Shown: in pieces, positions 11,752-25,212 of the stretch
Layout of the letters: every line of letters begins with the position of its first letter
Numbering within the stretch: the stretch's first letter is position 1
NCBI RefSeq assembly: GCF_048593235.1
Contig: NC_133619.1
Span: 614,646,558-614,710,557, forward strand
DNA from: Sminthopsis crassicaudata
Taxonomy: Eukaryota
DNA length: 64,000 nt
Direction: 5' to 3'
The notes under the pieces: model-generated
Database searches by the model: none
Seen by the model: the letters and a program-made list of their open reading frames with translations, nothing else
Told to the model about the DNA's origin: nothing
Made by a program: the position numbers and the translations under genes

Positions 11752-12943
11752 AATCTCTAGTTTACTTTGCCCAGAGCCAGACAAGTGACACCTTCCTTTA
11801 CAGGTCCTAGAATACCATGAGTAGGGGGAAACATCTCTTCCTAGACTTGAAGCCCTATCCATTGTGTTCTCTCTATTGTTAGGTGTTAAACTAGTTCTGT
11901 TTAGTTACTTAACATAGAGACAATACTTTTGAAGTTACAGCAAAAATAAATGTTCAACCATTTTCCTTTCCCTCACCCACAACACTTTAGGGGCACTCTC
12001 TTAGCTCAGTTCCCATATAACATTGGGCCCAACAAGTTTATGCCCAGATGCATCATGGTTGCTAAATAAATCCTTAATCTGACCACTTCTGAACTAGATT
12101 TTAAAGGTCATTCTTTGCTCCTTTGAATACCAAAGTTGAATTGAATGCAAGACTCAAATGCTGGGAATTTGGGGGAGGGGATCTCTCTCTGATTAAATAC
12201 TTCAATCCCTTCACCAATAATGGAAAAGAAGAAAGACCTAAATCAAACACCAAAGAAGGCTTTTTGCTACCGAGCCACAGCCGTCATCCTGGGAAGCAAT
12301 TCCTCTGGAGATGCAGTCCAGCAACTGCCCCTGCCAATGCTACATTTACTAAAGATCCAGAAGAGAAAGTTCCAGTCATCAAAATTCTTGGCCTTGTCAC
12401 ATGATTTAACATCAAAAACTGAGATAATTTTATCAGTGGAAAGAGGAATAACCATCTGATTTCTCACTTGCAGTTGAAACTATTAATATGTGTGGTTTCC
12501 TTCATTAGAAGATGGACTTGGGAAAAGGAACTTTTTTTTTAAGTCTAGCATCTTATTCACTAAAACAAAGGTATTACATGAAATGTTTTCCATGAAGGAT
12601 TTATTTTTAATATTTTTGGGCACATAGATTTTCTATGTAATGAATATTAACAAACAAAAACTCTCTCAGCAATTATTAAAAAATAATCAGAAACAAAACA
12701 ATAATAGAAAAAGATAACTTCTTCAAAGAAAATTCATACACAGTAATTATTTTTTGTTATCATCAGAGACTTATCTGGTTAACTGAATAAAGTTTAATTT
12801 TCAAAAATTTCAAATTCAAATTTAGATCCATCAGTGACAGATTTGCTCTTGACAGAAAGATATGGTCTTCATTACATTGTTTATAATAACTTATATTCAT
12901 GGTTACTGTTAAACTAAATGAAAGAATGACCAATTTTCTTTTT

Positions 12944-13410
12944 TTATTAATTAATTTTATAATTATAACTTTTTATTAACAGAACATATGTATGGGTAAT
13001 TTTTTACAACATTATCCCTTGCACTCACTTCTGTTCCTAATTTTCCCCTCCTTCTCTCCACCCCCTCCCATAGATGGCAGGCAGTCCCACACATGTTGCA
13101 TATGTTATAGTACATCCTAGATACAATATGTGTGCAGAACCAAATTTCTTGTTGCACAGGAAGAATTGGATTCAGAATGTAAAGATAACCTGGGACGAAA
13201 AACAAAAATGTAAACAATTTACACTCATTTCCCAGTGTTCCTTTTTCTGGGTGTAGCTGATTCTGTCTATCATTGATCAATTGGAACTGAATTAGATCTT
13301 CTCTATGTTGAAGATATCCACATCCATCAGAATACGTCCTCATACTGTATCGTTGTTGAAGTGTATAATGATCTCCTGGTTCTGCTCATTTCACTCTGAA
13401 TTCATCCTGC
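12944..13410 (-). mobile_element. 5'-truncated L1
   Basis: L1 3'UTR in antisense. Perfect 16-bp TSD GACCAATTTTCTTTTT (12928-12943, 13411-13426). Confidence 0.9.
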
Positions 13411-13963
13411 GACCAATTTTCTTTTTAAAAAATGTTTTTATTAAAGCTTTTTATTTTCAAAACTTATACATAGATAATTTTCAGCATTTACCCTTCCAAA
13501 ACTTTGTGTTCCAATTTTTTTTCCTTCCTGAAAAGGGACTGTCTTTTGCCTTTCTTTGCCCTTCCAGCACTTATTACAATATTTGACACATAGTAAGTAT
13601 TTATTTATTTATTGAATGATTCATTTTTCACAATGCCATGATGCTGCATCCTGTTCTATAATGAGATAGGAAGGAGCCCCACTGGATGAGATGAGGACTC
13701 CTTTGCAATATATATTTAGACTATGCCTACCCAATTCTGAATGAATATAATTCCCATGCTACTGATGGAAAAGTAGGTTGACAAAATTTGTTATTACAGA
13801 ACACCATGGCAGTCAGATGTAATGGGAATGCTTTAGATTTAAAAGGGGACCCAACTCAAAAATCGAGTGGCAGAAATAAATCCCATTAATTAGTATTACA
13901 CAGATTTTAATTTTCTTTTCCCTTCTTGCATTTCACCCCCCCCCCCCACCAATTGTCATATGA

Positions 13964-14078
13964 ATTTTTTTTTTTTATTTTGGTAGTTAAATGACTTGGC
14001 TAGAGTCACCCAGCTAATATGTACCTCAGGCCAGATTTGAATGTGCTCTGATCCTTGTGCTACTTAGCTACCCCTAGG
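13964..14078 (-). mobile_element. Degenerate WSINE1-like SINE
   Basis: Perfect 12-bp TSD ATTGTCATATGA (13952-13963, 14079-14090). Confidence 0.75.
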
Positions 14079-14649
14079 ATTGTCATATGATTCCCAAAAT
14101 ACTCTGGCATGCTGGGTCTAAATGGTTTAAGCAAGAGGCCATAGGACTGACCAATGGAAAAATTTGTTTCCCTCCCTTCCCTTTGTTTAGCTAATTAACT
14201 TTGTACCTCTGTCCTCTAACCTTCACTCCCCAGTAGGTTCACAAGTTAGGATTTTTAATTTTTTTTAAGTCAGTAAAAAGTTGCCTTCTCTTTCCCACAT
14301 CTACTTTCTTCCCTTAGTTGAAAAAGAAAAAAACAAAACCCCTGTTACAAATGTCATATGTGCAATATTATAGAAGTTTGAGCTAAAAAGGATCAACTTT
14401 ATACAAAGGATTGTGCTCCTGTCCAAAGGAAAGAAAGAATTTAGATAAGATTTTTTTCCCTATCCCCATGAAGCTTTCAGTCTAGAGGGATGATATATAA
14501 ATGAAGGGAATTGCAATATACATTATTACATGAAAAGTGTATTAAAGGTTATTATATATATATTATATGTGTATTACATATAATGATGTATAGTTATTAA
14601 AATTAGTATAATTTTTTAAAATTAAACAAATATAGTCTCTTTTTTAAAT

Positions 14650-16330
14650 CAATTTTATCTTATTTTCAAATCCCCATTCTCTATGACTCCCCTTTTCCCT
14701 TCCCTCTCTTCTCTCTACCAATTGAGAAAGCAAGAAAAACAAGTCCTTTGTAACATACACAGATAGTAGAGCAATACAATTTCTTCCATTGGCAGAGTTC
14801 ACGAAAGAAAAGTATGTCTCAATCTGCTCCCAGAGTCTTATCACCTCTATCAGGAAATGGTAGCATTGTTCATGCTCTGGAATTGTGCTTGGTCACTGTG
14901 TTAGTCTTTGAAAGTTGCTTGAGTTTATCTTATTGTTGTGATTATATAAACTGTACTCCTGGTTCTGTTTAGTTCACTCCGCATCAATTCTTTCCAGATT
15001 ACTGTGAAATGCAGATTTAGTCCCTAAAAGCAGCCCCTTCATCATTTCTTACAGCACAATAGTACTCCAACACATTATACATTATAACTTTTATTTAATT
15101 TTTTTCTGAACATTTTCTCTGCTCCCAACCCAATCCTCCTCTACTTAATTGAGAAGATATGAACACAAAACGCATTACAAATATGATATCTTGCAAAAAC
15201 AAATTTCTACATTAGCCATGTTGTTTAAAAATAGTACCGAAGGAGGAGAATGAAGAGAGAAAGAAGAGAAGAAGGAAGAATAGGAGAAGGTGGAGGAGAA
15301 AGAGGAGAAGAAGGAAGAGAAGAAAGGAAGAGGAGGGGGGGAAAAGAAGGGAAGGATGAANNNNNNNNNNNNNNNNNNNNNNNNNNNNNNNNNNNNNNNN
15401 NNNNNNNNNNNNNNNNNNNNNNNNNNNNNNNNNNNNNNNNNNNNNNNNNNNNNNNNNNNNNNNNNNNNNNNNNNNNNNNNNNNNNNNNNNNNNNNNNNNN
15501 ATATTCTAAGTCTGCCATTTTTCTATTGGGGATAGATTTTGTGTTTCCTTATAAACTGTGGTTGGTCATCATGCTAAGTAAGGTTTTATTGTGTTATAAG
15601 AAATGAAGAAGGGCATGGTTTCAGAAAAACCTGGGAAGCGATGATGAGTATGATGTATGAGATGATGAAATGAATAGAACCAAGAACACAGTGTAACACA
15701 TGTTACTATGGCAACGGTAATATCATTTCTTATAGCACAACAGTTCTCCATCACATTCATACATCATAACTTGTTCAACTACATTGCAGTTGATGGGCAT
15801 CCCCTTGGTTTCCAATTCTTTGCCACCACAAAAAGAGCCCCTGGAAATTTTTTAAAATCTTTTTTTCTTTGATCTCCTTGGGGCATAGACCTACTGTGTG
15901 TATTGCTGGGTCAAAGGTTATACACAGCACAGTACCTTTTGAAGGCATAATTCCAGATTGCTTTCAAAAATGACTGCACTGGATTCCTATAGATTTGGGA
16001 TAGAAAATAGCCATCTGCATCCAGAGAGAGAACCATGGAGATTGAATGTGGATTGAAGCATTATAGTTTCACCTTTTGTTGTTTTACTTCTAGTGGGTTT
16101 TTTTCCTAGTTTGGTCTGATTTTTTTGACAAATATGAAAATATGTTTAAAAGAAATGCACATATTTAATTTATATCAGATTATTTGCTATTTTGGGGAGG
16201 GGAGGGTAAGGAAGAAAGGGAGAAAAATTTGAACACAGAGTTTTACAAAAACAAATATTAAAAATTATCTTTACATTTATTTGGAAAAATAAAAATATTA
16301 TTGGGAAAAACAAAACAAAATAAAACAAAA
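14650..16330. mobile_element. Cluster of older L1 3' fragments in both orientations, with a GA-rich tract and an N gap
   Basis: Antisense L1 3'UTR at 14650-15230. Sense piece ~15590-15720, antisense piece ~15722-15970, sense tail ~15980-16330. Confidence 0.7.
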
Positions 16331-17051
16331 ACTCAAAATGACTGGACCAGTTCATGGTTTCACTAACAATTTATTAAAATGAGGGCACCTGTTTTCCCAA
16401 AGCCCCTCTGACTTGTCTTTCCATTTTATTTTTTATTTTTTGCTATTTTTGCCCATCTGAGAATTATGAAGAGGAACTTCTGAGATGTTTTAATTTTAAT
16501 TCTCCTACTTATCAGCAATTTAGACTCTGGAGCATTTTCTCATATAGTTATTGATGGTATAACCTTTTGGGAAACTATAATGATAATATGCAACAAAGGT
16601 TCTAAAGCTGTTTCTAGCATTTTATACAGGAATGTTTCCACAAGCCTACATCCCAATAGTGTTATTGAAAAGAATAGCTAGCATTTGTTTATAAATTTCT
16701 AAAGTACTTCACAATTATTATATCATTTGATTATCATAACAATTGAGGGAATAATAATACCATTATAATACTATTATTCCTATATGAGGAAATTGAGGCA
16801 GACAGAAGGGAAATGACATCCCAGGGTTCACATAGCTAGTAAATGTCTGAGGCTGTATTTGAACATAGGTCTTCCTGGCTCTAGACCCAAGGATATATTC
16901 CTTAATTTGCATAGCTGACTCTAGGTTTTTTACTACAAAAATGAAAAGGAAATAATTTTAGCAACATTATTCAGCAAAGAAAATAACAACATGATAAACA
17001 ACAAAATGTGTTTTCCAACAACTGGGGAATGGCCAAACAAATTGAGGTTTA

Positions 17052-17254
17052 ACATATATCGTATCTGGGCTGTACGGTAACACATTTAACATGTATGGGA
17101 TTGCCTGTCATGTAGGGGAGGGAGTAAAGGGAGGGAGGGGAAATTTTGGAAAAGAAGTGAATACAAGGGATAATGTTGTAAAAAAAAAAAATTTACCTAT
17201 GCATATGTACTGTCAAAAAATTATAATTATAAAATTAATAAAAAAATAAAAAAA
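17052..17254 (+). mobile_element. Short 5'-truncated L1 tail inserted in an older L1 remnant
   Basis: A-rich tail. Perfect 17-bp TSD AAACAAATTGAGGTTTA (17035-17051, 17255-17271). Confidence 0.9.
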
Positions 17255-17274
17255 AAACAAATTGAGGTTTATGG

Positions 17275-17520
17275 ACACTCTGTTGTATTGTTTTCAGTCA
17301 TGTCCAACTCTTTGTGACCCCATTTGGATTTTCTTGGCAAAGATTGTAAAGTGGTTTGCCACTTCTTTATCTGGCTCATTTTACAGATAAGGAAACTAAG
17401 GGAAATTGGGTTAGGTGACTTGCCCAAGGTCATATAGTGATTAAGTGAAGGGGTCAAATTTGAATTCAGGTCGTCCTGACTCCAGGTCCAGCATTCTATC
17501 CACTGCACCACTTAATTGGA
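17275..17520 (-). mobile_element. Mar1-like marsupial SINE; related partial copies at ~19790-19960 and ~25685-25905
   Basis: ttcagtcatgtccaactctttgtgaccccatttgg..ttttcttggcaaaga..gtggtttgcc followed by the CORE ctcattttacagat.aggaaact. Confidence 0.8.
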
Positions 17521-18059
17521 CACCCTATACAATTGGGGTGTTAAAAAATTGGATATATGATTTCAGTGGTATATTTATGCATCAGGAGAAGTACTGGAGT
17601 GCAAGTCTTCCTGGGTTCTGGGCCAGCTTTCCATCAATAATGTTGTGTTTCTTCTCCATTAAACGAATCGAAATACAAATGCTAATAATAATGCTAATAA
17701 AAATACAAAGAAAAATTGGAAGACTTGCAAGAAATAACGCAGAATGAAAAAAGTAGAATAGAACATGGTACAATACTGACTACAATTATGTAAAAGAAAA
17801 AAAATCACCATTTGAAAAAATGCACAGAAAAATGATTCAGAAGGGGGTGTAGAAGGAAATGGGATGATTTTATAATATTGTTGCTAAAATTAATGTTTAC
17901 CTTTTCAAAATAAAATAAAGCACATTATTATTTCATGAATTATCATTTAAAAAACATTTAGTGGATTGGAATGTTGACTTTTATTGATGATTATAATAGG
18001 GCAAAAACTTATCAAAAAAAGATGTATTCTATAGGGTCTGAACAAAGTGGTATATGAAT

Positions 18060-18182
18060 TTCTATTGCAAACTCCTTGAGGGCAGGGGATGCCTTTTGCC
18101 TCTTTTTGTATCTTAGTGCTTAGCACAGTGCCTAGAACATAGCAGGTGTTTAATAAATGTTCATTGACTGATTATTGATTGA
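18060..18182 (+). mobile_element. L2 3' terminus; similar tails at ~13520-13625, ~26330-26470 and ~38990-39080
   Basis: aaactccttgagggcaggga...ttagcacagtgcctagaacatagcaggtgtttaataaatgttcattgactga. Confidence 0.75.
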
Positions 18183-19104
18183 ACTCTGAGAGAAGAGGTT
18201 GGGAGGGATTTGTCCAGGCTTCCTGAAACAGCCCTCTTCTTGCCAATTTTGGCTTCCTACTTGGATCTGCCTTCCTTTGGTATGACCTCAGGTTCTAAAG
18301 GTCTAATTCCTCCTTAAAACTTCCATGACTTCAATGCCCATTTATTTGAAAAAAACAATTTACATTAAGTTATGATGATAACTAGTTAGACTAGTTAGGG
18401 TTTACTCAGAAGCTCACCAACCCATAGGGAAAGAATAGTGACTCTTGAAAACTAAATTTTATAATGTAGCCACAGCCACTCATAAAATCTTAGAAACAGG
18501 GATTCTTAGAATCATAGGCTCATGGAATTTTGGATTCATCAAATATTAGGATTAAAAAAAAAAAAGATACAGTTCTGACTGTGAACTTCCTAGTTAGGGG
18601 ACCATGGGCATATTATTCAGCATTTCTGAGCTTCAATACCCTCATTCATCTACAGAATGGGGATAAGGATGCCCAGACTCCCAAATTTACAGAGCGGTAG
18701 AGGAAAATCAATTTGTGAAACCTCAGAACTCTGTGGATCTATGGGGTATTATTAAAATCAGATGCACAGGATTTTAGAATCTTAGAATTTTACATTTTGA
18801 AAGATGCCTAGACAGTCATTTAGTCTAACCCTTTAATTGATGCTTGGTGGGTTGATGAATAGGGGGAGCCCCTCCTCTTTCTATCCCTCCTTCCAGAGGA
18901 TAGGGGAATCAGGTGGTTTGGTTTTAAAGGCAAACAAACATTAAATGTTTTAAGGCCTAAAGAAGACCAAGAAATCTTTGTTTATTTTTAAATTTTTTTT
19001 TTCTTTTTTTTGCTCCTTAGAGGGCTCTGTACAGAGAAGGAACAGATAGGAATAGATTCTCTATGAAGAGTTTATTTGGAAGCATTCAGAAGCATAGTCA
19101 ATGG

Positions 19105-19245
19105 AATGTTAGAGCTGAAAGGGACTTTAGACCGCAGAATGTCTGAAGATAGAATATCTGAACTGGGAGAGGCTTCAGAATATAGAATGTCCAAGCTGTA
19201 TTAAAATAGAGAATGTTAAAGCTGAAAGTGACCTTAGAACAGAGT
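19105..19245 (+). repeat. Degenerate relative of the 33-bp repeat (AGAATGT.AGAGCTG.AAGGGAC.TTAGA), ~4 units
   Basis: gaatgttagagctgaaagggactttagaccgcagaatgtc ... gaatgttaaagctgaaagtgaccttagaac. Confidence 0.7.
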
Positions 19246-20069
19246 ACCATGTTACAACTTCAGAGGATCTCAGAGAGAACATCTAGCCCAATTTAGCTTT
19301 TAAACTCTTGGTCAGATCGGGCTCAGCTGGTAGTCACCAATATGGTATGGCTTAGTTCTGGCACTGACTGTTCTGTATGATCTTAGGCATGTCATTTCCT
19401 TCCCTGGGACTCAATTATTTATAAAAAACGAAGGCATAACACTTAGACAATCTTCAGTAGCTCTTTTAGGAAGAAAATAGTCAGCGTCTTATGAAACTCA
19501 GGGCAGTTCATTTCTACTTTTAGAATATTCTAAAACCATTTCCTAATTTTATTTTATTTTATTTTATTTTTTTAGGAACATGATCTTTATAAGCAGAAAA
19601 CCAAATATTTTAACAATGATGTGTCCCAAATGAGACTCAGTGTGGTGTAATGAACAGGGTGGTCAACCCTGGATCAAAAGCAGGGTTCAAGTCCTGATAC
19701 TAGTGTAACAATGAAAAATTGAAGCCTCTCGGTGTCCTAGAAAACTCCTTAAAACCTTAAGTTGCAGAAGAATTTGCCCTTTCAGTTTGGACAAGCTGCC
19801 AGAGTGCTTTGCCATTTCCCTCTCCAGCTCATTTTATACATGAGGAAACTGAGGCAAACAGAATGTAGTGACTTGTCCAGGATCATACAACTAGTAAGTG
19901 TCTGAAGCCAGATTTGAACTCAGGAAGATGAGTCATCCAGGTCCAGTGCTTGGCCCATCATGTCTCTATGGCATTGGTAAATTTAAAAAAAATATATGTT
20001 TTATTCTGAATTTAAGAAATAAAACAAGTCGTTCCATAATTGCACATGAAAATGCAAATTTATCATGTG

Positions 20070-22208
20070 TAACTTATTATTCCTTTTAAAATATAATAAA
20101 GTTTTCATGTAATTTTTCCCCTTTTTTCCTTCCTTCCTACCTTTTTCCCTTTCCCTCTCTCTAGCTATCATTAAGCACATATATACATATATGTGCCTAA
20201 TATATATATATATAATGTATATATATACATATATGTATGTATATGAGTATATGTGTAAGACCATTCTATATATACTTCTATTTATCAGTTCTTTCTCTGA
20301 TTACAGATACTATCTTGCTTCATAGGTCCTTGTGTAGCTAATCTGGATATTTATAGTAGCCAAATTGACTTAGTCACTCAAAGTTGTTGTTAAAACAATG
20401 TTATTGTCACTGTATACAACATTCTCTTGTGTTCATTTCATTCTTCATTATTTTGGGCAAGTCTATCCATGTTTTTCTAAGATCATTGAATTCATCGTTT
20501 CTTATAGCAGGGTAGTATACCATCACAAATATATTACACTACTTGTTCAGCCATTCCCCAATTTGGGGGCATCCCTGCAATTTCCAGTTCTTTGCTACCA
20601 TAAAGATAGTTGTTATGAATATTTTAGAACATATAGGTTCTTTTTCTTTTCCCCTAATTATCTTGGGAAACAGACCGGTAGTGGTATTTCTGGGTCAGAG
20701 AGTATAGGCAGTTTAATAACTCTTTGGGCCTAATTCCAGATTGTCTTCCAAAATGTTTGGATTGGTTCACAGTTCCAATAATGAATTAGTGTCCCAATTT
20801 TTCCACATGCCCTCTAACATTGTCATTTTTTCCTTTAATCATTTTAGGTATAAAATGATATTTCAAGGTTGTTTTAATTTGCATTTTTCTAGACAATAAT
20901 AATTTAGAGCATTTTTTTATATGATTTTTTTTCATTGGAAAACTGCCTATTCATATCCTTTATCATTTACCATTTAGGGATGACTCATATTTTATAGATC
21001 TGGCAAAGTTCTTTATATATTTGAAATGTGAGACCTTTATCTGAGACTGTCTATGAAATTTTTTCTCCAAATTTTCTGCTTTTTTTCTGATTTCAGCTAC
21101 ATTTGTCCAAAACCTTTTTAATTTAGTGTAATCAAAATTATCTATTTTATACCTTATACTGTTCTCTATCTTGTTTATTCATAAATTATCCATCTATTCA
21201 TAAGTCTGATAGTATATTCCATGTCCTTCAAATTTATTGTAACATCTCCCTTTATATATGTAGCCATTTTGATCTTATCTTGGTAAATGTTGTAAGACAG
21301 TAGTCCACATCCAATTTCTGCCAGATAACTTTCCAGTTTTTCCAATAATTTTTTTAAGCAAATAATGAATTCTTACATTTATCAAATACAAGCTGACTAT
21401 ATTTGCTGCTGTAAAATGTATGTCTACTCTGTTCCACTGATCTACCATTCTATTTCTTAGCCAGTACTAGATAGTTTTGATAATTATAGCCTTATAATAT
21501 AGTTTAAAATCAAATGCTGCTAAACATTTTCTCTTTACACCTTTTTATTCATTAGTTCCTTTGAAATTCTTGACTTTTCATTCCTTCAAATGAATTGTTA
21601 TTTTTTTTTTCTAATGTCAGTAAGATTATTTGTTGGTAATTTAATTAGAATGGTTTCAAGTATATAAATTAGGTGAAGTTGTCAATTCATTGAATTAAAT
21701 ATATTTAATTATATTGACTCTGTTTAACCATGAACAATTAAAATTTCTCCAATTATTTAAATCTGATTTTATTTGTATAAAGTGGTTTTTTATTTAAATA
21801 ATTTTGTTCATATAATTCCTGGATTTGTTTTGGTAGGTATATTCCAGGATATTTTATATCACCTAGAGATATTTTTAAATGGGGTATGTTTTGCTATTTC
21901 TTCTTGCAGGATTTTGTTTGGGATATATAAGAATGCTGATAATTTATGTGGATTTACTTTATATCCTGCTACTTTGCTAAAATAATTGTTTCAACTACCT
22001 TTTAGTGGAGTCTTAGGGATTTTTCAAGTATACCATCATATCATCTGCCAAAAAAAAGATAGTTTTATTGTCTCATTTCCTATTCTGATTCCTTCAATTT
22101 CTTTTGCTTTTCTTATTGTTATTACTAGGATGTCCAATACAATACTGAATAATATTGGTGACAGTGGAAATCTTTGATTTACAACTGATCTTATGGGGAA
22201 GAGTTCTA
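20070..22208 (-). mobile_element. Old L1 ORF2/3'UTR fragment (~2.1 kb, disrupted), ending at an N gap
   Basis: Antisense L1 motifs (ttcagccattccccaatt..ggcatccc; gggtcagagagtata; gtataccatcatatcatctgc). No long ORF. Confidence 0.8.
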
Positions 22209-25055
22209 NNNNNNNNNNNNNNNNNNNNNNNNNNNNNNNNNNNNNNNNNNNNNNNNNNNNNNNNNNNNNNNNNNNNNNNNNNNNNNNNNNNNNNNNNNNN
22301 NNNNNNNNNNNNNNNNNNNNNNNNNNNNNNNNNNNNNNNNNNNNNNNNNNNNNNNNNNNNNNNNNNNNNNNNNNNNNNNNNNNNNNNNNNNNNNNATATT
22401 TCCTGTGAAGAGTACTGATGGTAATTTGGTAATGGACTCAAACCAGTTTACAAATGAAACTGGGGATGAGAAAAATGAAAGAACTTCCACAAAGTCACAT
22501 GGCAAATTGGTTGGCAGGATAAAAATCTACTCTTTTTCCATCTGAAACCCTATATTCCTCATCCCACCCCACTCATCCCACCCTCCAGCACTCAGCAGGC
22601 ACATCAACAGAATCCAAAAGTTGCAAGGGACCTCAGAGTGTATTCAGGTTAGCTTATACCTGAAGAATGACTTCAATTACATTCCTCCCAAAGGAGACCC
22701 CATGCATCTGGGAGCTCCCTATCTCCCAAGGTCTTCTATGACACTTTAGTACAGCTCCATCTGAAAGTTTTCTGAGGTGAAATCCTTGTGCAGTTTTCAT
22801 CCGTTACGTCTAATTTCTGACCTCTGAGTTCAAGTGGATCAAGCCTCCTCCTTTTCCCATGATTGCTAGCAAGAGTTCTCCTGTCCTCCCTAAATCATCC
22901 AAACAACAAACCAACAAACATTTATTGAGTTCATATTAGGTGGGGACCATAGTGCTAGGCACTAGATATATAAAGACTTAACAAAACAAGGAAACAAGCA
23001 AAAGATCCATTCCCTCCTTGAGTTTATACTCCATAATTCCTTCAACATCTTTGCCCAGCATCTTCCCCAGTCCTATCTCCATCATAAGAGAAGTTACGTG
23101 GTTAAAATTAGATTTAGCAATCATCGCTTTGGAGTAGGAACTGGCATTTCCACCTCATCCATGTAGATGAACTTCAATTTGCTTTTTCAAGTGTTATGTA
23201 ACAACCCAAATGACACACCTCCCTGTGCATGGATGGGGGGACACTCCTTTTGGGAAGGAAAGGAGCTTTGGCCTTTTCTAGATGAACGGTTGCACAGGAG
23301 GGAGACATGTCCTAGCAAAAATTGCTTGGCTGGCAGGACGAGTAGGGCCAGTCTTCTGCTATTCCTGCAGAGGTGTCGGACTGGTGCATCTCCCTCTCCA
23401 GAAAAACCAGTTTGGAGAGCACCACGCCTAGAAGATCATATGATGCAACTGTCTGTTAGTGTCCAATTGCATCAGGGTTTAAGAGATGTCCTTCCTTTAC
23501 ACCAGTGGGGGGTGGGGGAACATTATCCATGGGAGAAAAAGACCTCTCACCAGTGATAACCTGAAGGTTCTCTCTGAAGGTTGTACTGGTTGTTTGGGAG
23601 TAAACACATCTTGGGGACAAGTATCAACATGCCATTTCCTGAATGGCCCTTGATGCTAGAGGTTCAGCTGAATTCTAGTTTATGCTGCTTTTATTTTCTA
23701 TAAGGTATTTTGGTTGGTGTCTCAGGCAGGGGTTCCCATGACCAAAGTTTCATTACCAAGTGATCTGACTGCTAAAGGAGGGGGGGCAAGTGGTGGGGTG
23801 AAGTCTCCCTTAATTAGCCTGGTCCTTGGAAGTGGGATACAGTATAGGATTGTAGTGAATCCTGTGCAGGAAGGCAGAACCTGCTGGAGCTAGCCTTAGG
23901 AGCTCAAGGAATCAGCTCTCTGTAGCTGCTTTCATATCATTTCTTCATGAAAGGGATCAGAAAAAGGTTTTCCTAATTCAGCTTCCGATTAAAAAAATGT
24001 AGGGACACTCTAGTAGAGATACAACACATGTGGCTGTTTATTGTGTACCTTCTACAGGCAGAGAAGATACTAAGTTTCTACAAGATACAGTCCCTCCCCT
24101 AAAAAAGCAGTGGGATCTACATAGTTAATTACAGCCCGAAAGATCACAAGATGAGTCCATCAGAAGTTACAAAATAAAGAGCTTAGCAGAGTGTGGTTTG
24201 AGCAGAAAGATCCTGGAGGAAGTGGCATTTTGTGGAAGGGACTGCAGTTTTGCTCTGCTGGGAGAGAGATTTATCTAGGGTATGATGCACTTGGCTGGAA
24301 AACTGGAGATTAGGGAGGACATGTTGGATTTCAGAGAATTCTAAGAGTAAGGGCTGGTAGTCAGGCCATAAATGTTAATTAAGTGCTTGCTATACACCAG
24401 ACACACACAGAAAGGTAAAAACAGAGCTGGCAGGACTGATGGAGAAAATCAGAAATTGATTGGAGGTCAAAGTCCTATGCAGGTCTGAGGAATTCTGTCT
24501 CTGTCTCTGTTTATGTGAGTGTTTCTGTCTCTCTGCACGTCTTTCTATCTCTGTGTCTCTGTTTCTCTCTCTGTGTCTGTTTCTCTGTGTCTTCTGTCTC
24601 TGTCTCCCTCTTCCCTCTCCACACATGTGTATACAAACATATACATATACATTTATACAATACACTAATAAATCTATCACTTCTCCCCTTTTCCATCAGC
24701 ATTTTACACTTATTGTTGGAACTTGAGCTTTTTTTGTCAGTCACTTCTGAGTTCAAGTGGATCAAGCCTCCTCCTTTTCCCATGATTGCCAAACATGCCA
24801 AACAGTGCCAAACTCCCAAACAACCAGTACAACCTTCAGAGAGTACCTTCAGATTATCACTGGTGAAAGGTCTTTTTCTCCCATCACCCTCGCTGGTGNN
24901 NNNNNNNNNNNNNNNNNNNNNNNNNNNNNNNNNNNNNNNNNNNNNNNNNNNNNNNNNNNNNNNNNNNNNNNNNNNNNNNNNNNNNNNNNNNNNNNNNNNN
25001 NNNNNNNNNNNNNNNNNNNNNNNNNNNNNNNNNNNNNNNNNNNNNNNNNNNNNNN

Positions 25056-25212
25056 GCCAGATCTATACATGGGTAATTTTACAACATTGACAATTGCCAA
25101 ACCTTTTGTTCCAACTTTTCCCCTCCTTCTCCCTCCCCCCCCCCATGTGGCAGGTTGACCAAAACATGTTAAATATGTAAAAATACAAATTAAATACAAT
25201 ATATGTATGCAT
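25056..25212 (-). mobile_element. L1 3'UTR fragment continuing from the N gap
   Basis: Near-identical to the L1 copy at 40139-40336. Confidence 0.85.

Noticed and set aside
23167-23556. 129-aa ORF overlapping the inverted-duplication donor
   Set aside because: No recognisable homology or splice signals; length is within chance expectation.
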